NCBI GenBank assembly: GCA_051870875.1
Contig: JBJECG010000029.1
Location: 5,525 to 69,524 of the forward strand
Reading direction: 5' to 3'
Source: Candidatus Aphodosoma sp.
GTDB taxonomy: Bacteria > Bacteroidota > Bacteroidia > Bacteroidales > Paludibacteraceae
Length of the DNA stretch: 64,000 bases
Shown here piece by piece: positions 40,210 to 48,679 of this stretch. How positions within the stretch are numbered: position 1 is the stretch's first letter; every line of letters starts with the position of its first letter. The translations under genes and the position numbers were made by a program. The notes beneath the pieces were generated by a model that worked only from the letters and a program-made list of their open reading frames with translations, ran no database searches and was not told where the DNA came from.

Positions 40210-40782
40210 TTATTCAGGTACGAATTGTTCATATGTTCCATCAGAAAAAAATGTAACAACACGAATTATTTTGCGGTCATGCTGTATTGATGACGGTAAG
40301 TGTTGCGTTTGCGATGGGACATGCCCATTATCTTCGAGCGGCTTGGTTTGCCTCTGATTGTCTTCAAAATGAGAAATGCCAACAGTGCCTTTACAGGAAA
40401 ATTTTTCTTTCGAAGTCACCGTCTGCTTTTCTGTTGACAGAATTTCAGTTTCTTGCAAAGAAATAGCATCATTGGCAATATTATCATTATCAAGGAGTTG
40501 GGCATTAATAATTTTATTGTCGCCATTTGATGATGTTCGGTTATCAAAAGACATAGACGAATGACCTACTTGGGAATTGAAAACCTCGCCTACTCCATAA
40601 AGCAACCAATATACATTCACTTCAGGGTATGCGTTGTGTAATTTTTCAAGCAGCTGCAAGGTTGGCTGTGTACGTCCTGATTTGATTCCTGAAATGGTAG
40701 ATCGATTAATACCGATAGCATCAGCAAATTTTGCAGGAGACAACTGCAGTTTCTCCATCAATGCAAATATCCTGTCTTTCAT
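40210..40782 (-). CDS. XRE-family helix-turn-helix transcriptional regulator with a long low-complexity linker
   Basis: LSPAKFADAIGINRSTISGIKSGRTQPTLQLLEKL is an HTH_3/XRE motif. It is followed by an S/N/Q/D-rich region and a short C-terminal IIRVVTFFSDGTYEQF segment. The start at ATG 40780-40782 is supported by the -7 box at 40821-40828. Confidence 0.8.
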   Translation of the reverse strand: MKDRIFALMEKLQLSPAKFADAIGINRSTISGIKSGRTQPTLQLLEKLHNAYPEVNVYWLLYGVGEVFNSQVGHSSMSFDNRTSSNGDNKIINAQLLDNDNIANDAISLQETEILSTEKQTVTSKEKFSCKGTVGISHFEDNQRQTKPLEDNGHVPSQTQHLPSSIQHDRKIIRVVTFFSDGTYEQFVPE

Positions 40783-40820
40783 AATGTATATAATTAAATG
40801 CAACTTATAAAATGACATTG

Positions 40821-40828
40821 CAAATTTA
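40821..40828 (-). promoter_or_regulatory. candidate -7 promoter box for the XRE gene
   Basis: Plus-strand CAAATTTA, 39 nt upstream of ATG 40782. Confidence 0.45.
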
Positions 40829-42084
40829 CAAATTTCAATTTATTCGTGCAATAGCATGATATTGCGGATGTAAAAATAATAATCCGACAACGAAGATGTT
40901 TATTTACATTTGTAATCCGGTATCATGATTTCAAGTCATTGAAGCCTATATTTGTTATAAAAAGACATGAAGCGCAACTTCATATACACACTATATATAC
41001 ATGACAATAATATCATTAATACACCACATAGCTAATTTTATCTATCCAATAACACACCAAACAGACTATAATACAACACATATTAAATACGTACTTTATA
41101 TAATATATATATATTATTGGATATAATATAGTTATACAGATATATATTCATTGTTAAATGTGTTTTGCCATGTGGTCATAGTTGCTGTGTATATTAGTAA
41201 AATATCGATGTCAACAACAACAAAGTGTTGCCAATATTGACAAAGTTACATTGTACAATTCTGTCAACAATCGCGGGTTTTTAAACAGATGGAATTTTGT
41301 TGGGTTCATAATTGCAATTAAGTTTAAGTATGTAATTTTATGACAGCTGATATGCCCTGTTAACTTATCAATCCGAATGCCGCATTGTCGGATAACAACG
41401 GCCACATAAAAACAATTTACCAGACACCAAGTACATGGACACTAAAAATGGATGGAGTTAAAAGTTAAATAAATTCAGTTCACCTGAATCGCAAACGCAT
41501 TAACATTTTTAATTAGATTTGGCGAAGAGGTCTCGCATATTGTTGTCGGTAAGCGAGATTCCGAGTATACTGAAGGACCTCGTAAATGCCTCATATCGAG
41601 TTTTACGATTGCCACAAGACAATAAGTGTGGTTATGAACCAATGTATCCTTGATGCGCACTGTATTCTCCAATATACCAAAACTTACTTATGTACAGAGA
41701 ATTTTTAATTCATTTGAAGAAACATTTACCACGCTACATCGGTTAAGGTCTGCTCTATTGTTTCTGCATGTCAGATTATTTTATTGGCCATAAAAGTATA
41801 TTGTACCGTCTCATGTCGATGCATACCAGCCCACTTTGCATAGCTTTGCTTGATAATCCTTTGCACTTTTATAAAACCGTGAAGTTGCAGATGGCACCGG
41901 AAAACATTCTCGGGAAGCATCCTTTTCCACGTATCGAGCTTGAACCTTAATATTAGTTTTAGGCATGACGATGAAGAACGCACCGATGCGGTGACTGACC
42001 GGTGAGAGATTGCCGAAATCGTTGTAGCCATGCCATGGTTGAAGATATTTACGGATGATTTTTTAGTGAACAACTAATGACATA
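40829..42084. other. ORF-free region of heterogeneous composition (candidate decayed gene and/or non-coding RNA locus)
   Basis: No ORF longer than 100 aa on either strand. Three of the four ORF-track fragments here start at TTG or GTG. Positions 40981-41160 are 21% G+C by hand count, while 41521-41580 are 50% G+C. Confidence 0.6.
41241..41248 (-). promoter_or_regulatory. orphan -7-like promoter box overlapping a near-palindrome
   Basis: Plus-strand CAAAGTTA (TAACTTTG on the minus strand). It overlaps TTGCCAATATTGACAA (41228-41243) and is flanked by TGTCAACAA at 41209-41217 and 41262-41270. No ORF lies immediately downstream on the minus strand. Confidence 0.3.
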
Positions 42085-42122
42085 CAAAAAGAAGGAATGT
42101 ACCTGAATCGGTACATTCCTTC
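42085..42122 (-). terminator. intrinsic terminator after the zinc-ribbon (COG1579) gene
   Basis: 13-bp perfect stem gaaggaatgtacc / tgaatc / ggtacattccttc (42091-42122). The reverse strand continues TTTTTGT. Confidence 0.8.
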
Positions 42123-42186
42123 CTGCATTTTATCATATATGACCTAAAATTGCCGTTGTTGGTATATTTTACGGTCTAACAAAAAT

Positions 42187-42975
42187 TCACTTGTCAGCTT
42201 CTTGGTTTTCCACTTCTTCCTTGAAACCAGGATCGACTAATATGCGACCGCAATATTCACAAACAATAATTTTTTTGCGCATTTTAATATCCAGATGTCG
42301 TTGAGGCGGTATTTTGTTGAAACAACCACCACAAGCATCGCGTTCGACTGTAACTACGGCAAGTCCATTACGGGCATTTTTTCTGATACGTTTGAATGCG
42401 GACAACAATCTGGGTTCAATAAGAGGTTCCAATTGCTTTGCTTTCAAGGTAAGTTGTTCTTCTTCTTGTTTAGTTTCAGCTATAATTTCGTCAAGCTCTT
42501 CACGTTTTTGTTCAAGATCGCCAGACCTTTCCTGCATACGTGTTTCAGCATCATTTTTTTCCGCTTGCTTCGATTCAATATCTTTTGTAAAATCATTGAT
42601 ATTTTTCTCACACAATTCAATTTCAAGACTTTGGTATTCTATTTCTTTGGAAAGGGCATCAAATTCGCGGTTATTTCTGACATTATTTTTTTCATCTTCT
42701 TTTTTTGCTATAATGCTCCGGGCTTCATTAATAGCAAGTTTCCGTTCATTGATCTTTTGCGTAAGGCTCTCAATATCGTTAGTGCAATTTTCGATACGGG
42801 TCTTAAGACCTGCAACTTCATCTTCAAGGTCCTGGACTTCAAGAGGCAATTCGCCTCTAAGAGTTCTGATTTTATCAATTTCAGAAACAACAGTCTGTAA
42901 CTTATAAAGTGCTTTAAGGCGTTCTTCAACTGTTATTTCCTTAGCTTCGTTTTTAGTTGATTGCTCTCTTGTCAT
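42187..42975 (-). CDS. coiled-coil C4-type zinc-ribbon protein (COG1579 / DUF164 family)
   Basis: 262 aa. A long E/K-rich coiled coil is followed by CGGC...(22 aa)...CEYCGRIL. It lies downstream of a NIF3 gene, a widely conserved gene pair. Confidence 0.8.
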   Translation of the reverse strand: MTREQSTKNEAKEITVEERLKALYKLQTVVSEIDKIRTLRGELPLEVQDLEDEVAGLKTRIENCTNDIESLTQKINERKLAINEARSIIAKKEDEKNNVRNNREFDALSKEIEYQSLEIELCEKNINDFTKDIESKQAEKNDAETRMQERSGDLEQKREELDEIIAETKQEEEQLTLKAKQLEPLIEPRLLSAFKRIRKNARNGLAVVTVERDACGGCFNKIPPQRHLDIKMRKKIIVCEYCGRILVDPGFKEEVENQEADK

Positions 42976-43075
42976 AATTTATTATCGTATATATTTATTT
43001 TATATCGTTATCCTGTGCAATATGAATACACTACACATACCACAACTACAATATAATGCATTGTCAACAAGCGCA

Positions 43076-43852
43076 TTAGAACAAGCATACAGGATTGACG
43101 CCGGATTGTGCCACATGAATTGCAAAGTTAGGAAAAAATCCGATAAGTTGGTCATTAAAAATCTCTTTTGTAAACTGTTCACTTTCATAATGTCCGATAT
43201 CAGCTATAATAACCTGATTGTCAGCTAAAAAGAATTGATGGTATTTAATATCAGCTGTTATGTATATGTCAGCATGCTGCCGTATGGCATCAGAAATAAA
43301 TTCAGCACCGGACCCTCCGCAGACGGCTACCTTGGATATTCTGCGGTTGACGAGCTGACTATGGCGGATTGCCGTAAGATTGAATATGGTTTTGAGTCTT
43401 GCAAGAAAAATTTCTGTATTTTCGGGTGTCGGTAATTGGCCAATACAACCCAATCCGCAAAATTCATTTTCAGGATGCAATATCCGGACATTCTGCAATA
43501 GTAGTTTTTCTGCCATTTTGTAACTTACGCCACCTATAATTTTATCCAAATTAGTGTGTGCCGAATAAATTACAATATTGTGTTTCAAAGCTTTTATCAC
43601 AGTCCGTTCTATATAATTCTGACCTGTAATCTTTTTAAGGGCGTTGAAAATCAACGGGTGATGTGATATAATGAGATTGGCACCTTTTGTTACAGCTTCA
43701 TCAACTGTGCCTTCTGTAACATCTACGGTAAGCAATACGGATGTTACAGGTTGGTAAGGGTTACCAACCTGTAACCCACTGTTGTCATAAGGCTCCTGAA
43801 AATCCAATGGGGCAAAATTTTCCAGCTTGTCAAGTATTTCCTTTATTTCCAT
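43076..43852 (-). CDS. Nif3-like dinuclear metal centre protein
   Basis: YDNSGLQVG, LIISHHPLIF, and C-terminal CGGSGAEF...ADIGHYESE motifs. The start is at ATG 43850-43852. The longer ORF-track start lies inside the -7 box. Confidence 0.85.
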   Translation of the reverse strand: MEIKEILDKLENFAPLDFQEPYDNSGLQVGNPYQPVTSVLLTVDVTEGTVDEAVTKGANLIISHHPLIFNALKKITGQNYIERTVIKALKHNIVIYSAHTNLDKIIGGVSYKMAEKLLLQNVRILHPENEFCGLGCIGQLPTPENTEIFLARLKTIFNLTAIRHSQLVNRRISKVAVCGGSGAEFISDAIRQHADIYITADIKYHQFFLADNQVIIADIGHYESEQFTKEIFNDQLIGFFPNFAIHVAQSGVNPVCLF

Positions 43853-43885
43853 TATGTACACAAGTATTTCCCAACGTAATACGGA

Positions 43886-43893
43886 CAAAGTTA
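43886..43893 (-). promoter_or_regulatory. candidate -7 promoter box for the NIF3 / zinc-ribbon operon
   Basis: Plus-strand CAAAGTTA, 34 nt upstream of ATG 43852. Confidence 0.45.
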
Positions 43894-44006
43894 ATTATTT
43901 TATTTTGAATATGCAAATTGCAGAAATTGATGTATACCTGTGCCACCTCAATTAAAAGAAAATTGATAAAACAGTATCAGTGTAGTGTTATATCGTTGGA
44001 ATTTCG

Positions 44007-44014
44007 TAACTTTG
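44007..44014 (+). promoter_or_regulatory. candidate -7 promoter box TAACTTTG for the nitroreductase operon
   Basis: Exact TAnnTTTG, 49 nt upstream of ATG 44063. Confidence 0.45.
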
Positions 44015-44062
44015 CAAAGTTTGGCATACTGCTGAACAGCAAATCAAACATTTACAATAATT

Positions 44063-44590
44063 ATGAATACATTCAATGAGTTATTGAAAAACCGTCGTTC
44101 TATACGCAAATACGAACAACGTCCTGTTGAAGAGGATAAATTGAAACTAATCTTACAAGCTGCGTTGATGTCTCCATCATCCAAAAGGACAAACTGTTGG
44201 GAGTTTATTGTAGTAGACAACAAGGAGGTGCTCGAAAAGATGTCGGAGTGCCGTGAGGTCGGAAGTAAGTTTTTGGCCGATGCACCAATGGCAATCGTAG
44301 TTTGTGCAAATCCGGAAAAAAGTGACGTATGGTTTGAAGATGCGTCAATATCGGCCATCATATTACAATTGGCATCCGCTGATTTAGGTCTTGGCTCATG
44401 TTGGATACAAGTGTACAAACGTATGCATACGACAGAAGAAACAGCTGGAGACTATATCAAAACATTGCTCCATATACCGGACAATCTGGAAGTACTGAAC
44501 ATAGTGTCTATCGGATATAAGAACGAAGAACGCAAACCTTACGATGTAGAAAAGCTAAGTTATGACAAATTGCATCGGAACACATTCTAA
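44063..44590 (+). CDS. nitroreductase family protein
   Basis: 175 aa. The N-terminal LLKNRRSIRKYEQRPV...QAALMSPSS is typical of FMN nitroreductases. Confidence 0.85.
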   Translation: MNTFNELLKNRRSIRKYEQRPVEEDKLKLILQAALMSPSSKRTNCWEFIVVDNKEVLEKMSECREVGSKFLADAPMAIVVCANPEKSDVWFEDASISAIILQLASADLGLGSCWIQVYKRMHTTEETAGDYIKTLLHIPDNLEVLNIVSIGYKNEERKPYDVEKLSYDKLHRNTF

Positions 44591-45347
44591 CATCTCATTT
44601 ATCGGAGCTGGTAACGTAGCATGGCATTTGGCCCAGGCTTTATATGATGCCGGGCATCATATAGTGCAAATATACAGCCGTACCAAAGAATCGGCAGAAG
44701 CACTGGCCAGGTTGGTGAATGCGCAGCCAATCACCAATTATGCAGAAATAGAACCTGCACATATATACATATACTCACTGAAGGACGATGTTCTGCAATG
44801 GGCTGCCAACAATGTGAAAATAACCAAGGGACTTCATATACACACGTCTGGCAGTATTCCAATGTCAATATTCAAAGCTTCCAAGACAAATTACGGATGT
44901 ATGTATCCATTACAGACATTTACCAAAGCCAAAAGTGTCGACTTACGGAAAGTACCGTTTTTCATCGAAGCCAATAATGATGACAATGAAAAGAAAATCA
45001 ATGAACTTGTGCGAACCATGTCACAAAAAACATACCATCTGTCATCAGAAGACCGCCAAACATTGCATTTGGCCGGAGTATTTGCCTGTAATTTTACCAA
45101 TCTTATGTATATCAAAGCGGAAAAAATATTGCAAAGCAAAAGTCTTCCATTTGAAGTCATCAAAAACCTGATCACAGAACAAGTGAACAAGGCAAAGAAA
45201 ATCGGGCCTAAGGCAGCCCAGACAGGTCCGGCAATCCGAGGTGACAGGCGTATAATCGACAAACAAATAGCAATGTTGGCAAATGAACCGCAATGGCAGG
45301 AGGTATATTCGTTGTTGACAGAACTGATTGCAAACGAACAAACATGA
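44562..45347 (+). CDS. Rossmann-fold DUF2520 domain protein
   Basis: ISFIGAGNVAWHLAQAL is a dinucleotide-binding motif. The C-terminal half looks like DUF2520 (TGPAIRGD). It overlaps the previous gene by 29 nt, so the exact start is uncertain. Confidence 0.65.
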   Translation: MTNCIGTHSNISFIGAGNVAWHLAQALYDAGHHIVQIYSRTKESAEALARLVNAQPITNYAEIEPAHIYIYSLKDDVLQWAANNVKITKGLHIHTSGSIPMSIFKASKTNYGCMYPLQTFTKAKSVDLRKVPFFIEANNDDNEKKINELVRTMSQKTYHLSSEDRQTLHLAGVFACNFTNLMYIKAEKILQSKSLPFEVIKNLITEQVNKAKKIGPKAAQTGPAIRGDRRIIDKQIAMLANEPQWQEVYSLLTELIANEQT

Positions 45348-45404
45348 CCTTGGTCTACCGGATGCTCTATTTCCACAAAGATTATCAATTTCATTCAATA
45401 GGTT

Positions 45405-45926
45405 ATGAATTTCAAAGAAGCACTGAACAATATACACGCCTTTGCCTTTGACGTAGATGGTGTGCTGTCGGCTAACTGCATACCAACTAATAATATGGGT
45501 GAACCAGTCAGAATGGTGAATATAAAAGATGGATATGCCATACAGTTGGCATCCAAACTCGGTTATCCGATTGCCATCATCACAGGTGCCCATACCGAAT
45601 CTATCGTACACCGATACAGAGCGCTAGGAGTAAAGGATGTATACATTGGAGCATCACGCAAAACCGAGCAGTTTTACGATTTTCTGCAACGCAGGAGTTT
45701 AAAAGCAGAAGAAGTACTGTACATGGGAGATGACATACCAGATTACCAAGTAATGAAACTGTGTGGCCTGGCAACATGTCCACGCGATGCAGCTGCAGAA
45801 ATAAAAGCCATTTCACATTATATATCCGACCATTGCGGAGGTGAAGGCTGCGTCCGTGATGTGATAGAACAGACGCTTGCTGTACATGGGCATTGGATGG
45901 CACACAAAGATGTATATACTTGGTAA
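45405..45926 (+). CDS. kdsC: KdsC-type HAD phosphatase (3-deoxy-D-manno-octulosonate 8-phosphate phosphatase)
   Basis: 173 aa: FAFDVDGVLS, ...ITGA..., MGDDIPDY, and GGEGCVRD, a KdsC subfamily pattern. Confidence 0.8.
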   Translation: MNFKEALNNIHAFAFDVDGVLSANCIPTNNMGEPVRMVNIKDGYAIQLASKLGYPIAIITGAHTESIVHRYRALGVKDVYIGASRKTEQFYDFLQRRSLKAEEVLYMGDDIPDYQVMKLCGLATCPRDAAAEIKAISHYISDHCGGEGCVRDVIEQTLAVHGHWMAHKDVYTW

Positions 45927-45961
45927 AATATTGTTGTCGAAATTCTTTACAAAATCAGAAT

Positions 45962-46945
45962 ATGGATTATCTAAAATTGATGCGTTACAAAAACGTATTG
46001 TTTATCGCCTTTGTGCAAATACTGATTTATTGGGCTGTGATTGTTCCAATATTGTCTATTTACGGACTACAGCCAGCCACACCATCGTGGGTAATGTGTT
46101 TACTTATAACGTCTACAATGCTGTTGTCTGCCGGAGCATATATCATAAATGACTATTTCGATGTGAAGATCGACAGGATAAACCGTCCAGACAAGCTGAT
46201 TGTCACTCGTGGAGTGCAAAAACATGAGGCGATGCGTTTCTACCAAATCATGACGGCACTTGGCGTGATAGGCGGAGTTGTAGCATCTATCTTTCTGAAC
46301 AGTATTACAACAGGTTTTATCTACGTAGTAGTACCAGGCATGATGTGGTTTTATTCGGCCAGTTACAAACGTCAGCTCATTATCGGAAATCTGATCGTGT
46401 CAATCAGTGCTGCACTCGTGCCTTTGGTTCCTCTTATTGCAGAAGCGGCTTCTCTGGATGGTATCTACAGCGACCTGCTATACCAAACGCCAACTCTCCG
46501 ACACCTCTATTCGGTGGTGTGCGGTTTCGTTGCGTTTGTCTTCTTTTTTGTCTTGATTCTTGAAATTATCAAAGACTTGGAAAGTGAATCCGGCGACCGA
46601 GAAATGGAATGCCACACCATACCGGTGGTCTGGGGAACTACGGTATCCAAAATAATCATTACGGCATTGATTATCATTGCCAACGGTATGGTTGCATATG
46701 CAGTGTCAGGCCTGGATTTTGCGATATCAGGCTCCATGTCAATGAGATATTATATATTTGGTATATCTCTTCCATCCGTTTGTTTGCTGGTAATACTATG
46801 GTGCAAATTTTGTACGGCTTATGAAAATGCTTTGTCACTAACCAAATTTATTCTTGTTATAGGCATTCTGTACACTATTATGTATTGTTACCTTGTGGCA
46901 AAGCAGTATCATGTGCCTATGTTCGGACTGTTTCAGGTATTATAA
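45962..46945 (+). CDS. UbiA family prenyltransferase
   Basis: The start is moved to an internal ATG (MDYLKLMRYKNVLF...). It is polytopic with NDYFDVKIDRINRP, the Asp-rich UbiA motif. Substrate unknown. Confidence 0.75.
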   Translation: MDYLKLMRYKNVLFIAFVQILIYWAVIVPILSIYGLQPATPSWVMCLLITSTMLLSAGAYIINDYFDVKIDRINRPDKLIVTRGVQKHEAMRFYQIMTALGVIGGVVASIFLNSITTGFIYVVVPGMMWFYSASYKRQLIIGNLIVSISAALVPLVPLIAEAASLDGIYSDLLYQTPTLRHLYSVVCGFVAFVFFFVLILEIIKDLESESGDREMECHTIPVVWGTTVSKIIITALIIIANGMVAYAVSGLDFAISGSMSMRYYIFGISLPSVCLLVILWCKFCTAYENALSLTKFILVIGILYTIMYCYLVAKQYHVPMFGLFQVL

Positions 46946-46947
46946 TT

Positions 46948-47514
46948 ATGTTTACTGAGTATAAAATTATCTTGGGGTCAGGATCTGCCCGCCGTCGCCA
47001 ACTATTGACAAACCTCGACATCGATTTTGAAGTGCGGCTGATTGAAGGGCTTGAAGAAAAGTATCCCGACAACTTGAAAGGCGAGAAAATTCCTCTCTTT
47101 CTGGCAACGCAAAAATCAGCTGCATACAGTTTGGCTGACGATGAATTGTTGATTACCGCCGATACCATAGTTTGGCAGAATGGCAAGGTGATGGGTAAAC
47201 CTAAGTCGGACGCCGATGCCAAAGCGATGTTACACAGTCTTTCCGGCACCCGTCATGAAGTGATAACCGGAGTCTGTGTAAGGACAACCAGACGAACCGA
47301 AACATTCACTGCCATAACCGCTGTCTCATTTGCCGCGTTGACAAATAAAGAAATTGACTACTATGTGTCAAAATACCATCCTATGGATAAAGCCGGAAGT
47401 TACGGTGTCCAAGAGTGGATCGGTTACATCGGTGTAGAAAAAATTGAAGGGTCTTACTATAATGTGATGGGGTTGCCTGTACAGCATCTCTATTCCGTAC
47501 TGAAAACATTCTAA
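46948..47514 (+). CDS. maf: Maf family nucleoside triphosphate pyrophosphatase
   Basis: The start is moved to an internal ATG (MFTEYKIILGSGSARRRQLL). Also ADTIV and KAGSYGVQ motifs. Confidence 0.85.
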   Translation: MFTEYKIILGSGSARRRQLLTNLDIDFEVRLIEGLEEKYPDNLKGEKIPLFLATQKSAAYSLADDELLITADTIVWQNGKVMGKPKSDADAKAMLHSLSGTRHEVITGVCVRTTRRTETFTAITAVSFAALTNKEIDYYVSKYHPMDKAGSYGVQEWIGYIGVEKIEGSYYNVMGLPVQHLYSVLKTF

Positions 47515-47519
47515 TATAC

Positions 47520-48677
47520 ATGGTACAACATTTACGGCGAATAACACACTTTACCATTGCGGTTTGCATGTTCGCGTCATGCGGGAACAAAAACAGCAAC
47601 AGCAACCAGCAGATACACTATGTATCACAAGAAGGCAAATCAATTGGTATCCGTTATGCCAAAGGCTTTGATATAGTAGATTACGACACATATAAAAAAA
47701 TAATTGTTTACAGTCCATGGCTACCGGGTGAGATACAACAATGTTTTTACTTGGTAAAAAATGATAACATAATTACTCCTTCCGACGGTCAAAAGATGTC
47801 GGTTCCTGTAAAATCAATAGCCATATCAAGCTGTACACATACCGAATTTCTGTCTTTACTGGGAATGACGGAAAATGTTACGGCAATGTGTTCGCCCAAT
47901 TTGATATACAACCCACTACTTCAAGAACGTTTTTCCAAAGGTGAAATACAGTCTATAGGTGATGCTTATTCCACTGACATAGAAAAACTTTTAGTGATAA
48001 ATCCCGATGTATATTTTGTATCGAGCTACAACCAACAAGACGAGAACAACAAGCGGCTGATACAATCCGGCATCAAAGTGGTTTATAATAATGAATGGAC
48101 TGAAACTTCACTTTTGGCCCGTGCAGAGTGGTTGAAATATATGGCTGCATTTGCCGACTGCTCGTTACAGGCTGATTCCATTTTCAACGAAATAGAGCGA
48201 AACTACATGGAAGCCAAGAAATTGGCAGCATCCATACAGTTTTCCCAAAAGCCCAAAGTAATGGTTGGTAGTAATTTTAAGGGTACGTGGTATGTGCCTG
48301 GAGGAAAGTCGTATATAGGACAATTGTTAGTTGATGCCGGAGCGGACTATTTTTATGCAGAAGATACGACAAAAACATCTATTCCTCTTAATTTTGAAAC
48401 GGTGTTGCAGCATTTCCATGATTCGGAAGTGTGGCTCAACGCGCCGGCTACGACTGTAGATGAATTGCTCCGTATGGATGAGCGTCATTCGCTGTTTGCA
48501 CCGACACGTACCGGTGAGATATATTCGTTTTATGCAAAGGTGAAGCCCGGCGGCGCAAATGATTTTTGGGAAAGTGCTGTGGCACATCCCGATATAGTGC
48601 TTTATGATGTGATATGGGCTCTACACAATGATGCGCTCCCCCATTATCAACCTGTCTATATAATGAAACTCCAATAG
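47520..48677 (+). CDS. ABC transporter substrate-binding lipoprotein (iron-siderophore / cobalamin PBP type)
   Basis: Lipobox FASC. It has periplasmic-binding-protein type 2 architecture and lies immediately upstream of a FecCD permease. Confidence 0.75.
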   Translation: MVQHLRRITHFTIAVCMFASCGNKNSNSNQQIHYVSQEGKSIGIRYAKGFDIVDYDTYKKIIVYSPWLPGEIQQCFYLVKNDNIITPSDGQKMSVPVKSIAISSCTHTEFLSLLGMTENVTAMCSPNLIYNPLLQERFSKGEIQSIGDAYSTDIEKLLVINPDVYFVSSYNQQDENNKRLIQSGIKVVYNNEWTETSLLARAEWLKYMAAFADCSLQADSIFNEIERNYMEAKKLAASIQFSQKPKVMVGSNFKGTWYVPGGKSYIGQLLVDAGADYFYAEDTTKTSIPLNFETVLQHFHDSEVWLNAPATTVDELLRMDERHSLFAPTRTGEIYSFYAKVKPGGANDFWESAVAHPDIVLYDVIWALHNDALPHYQPVYIMKLQ

Positions 48678-48679
48678 TC

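Noticed and set aside
40829-41220. The AT-rich tract as a replication origin (DUE plus DnaA boxes)
   Set aside because: I found no cluster of TTATCCACA-like boxes here, there is no dnaA nearby, and gene orientation does not switch at this point.
41771-42073. Possible group II intron maturase (X-domain) relic: KYLQPWHGYNDFG in one minus-strand frame and FKLDTWKRML in another
   Set aside because: The resemblance to the GW.NYF ... LD.W.RRRLR pattern is superficial. The two pieces are about 30 codons apart instead of about 15. No reverse-transcriptase motifs lie upstream, because the terminator of the neighbouring gene is there. I found no domain V-like hairpin downstream.
42295-42907. Two long plus-strand ORFs (201 and 197 aa) antisense to the COG1579 zinc-ribbon gene
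   Set aside because: They are mirror images of a K/E-rich coiled-coil coding sequence, translating to F/L/S-rich low-complexity peptides. This is a classic shadow-ORF artefact.
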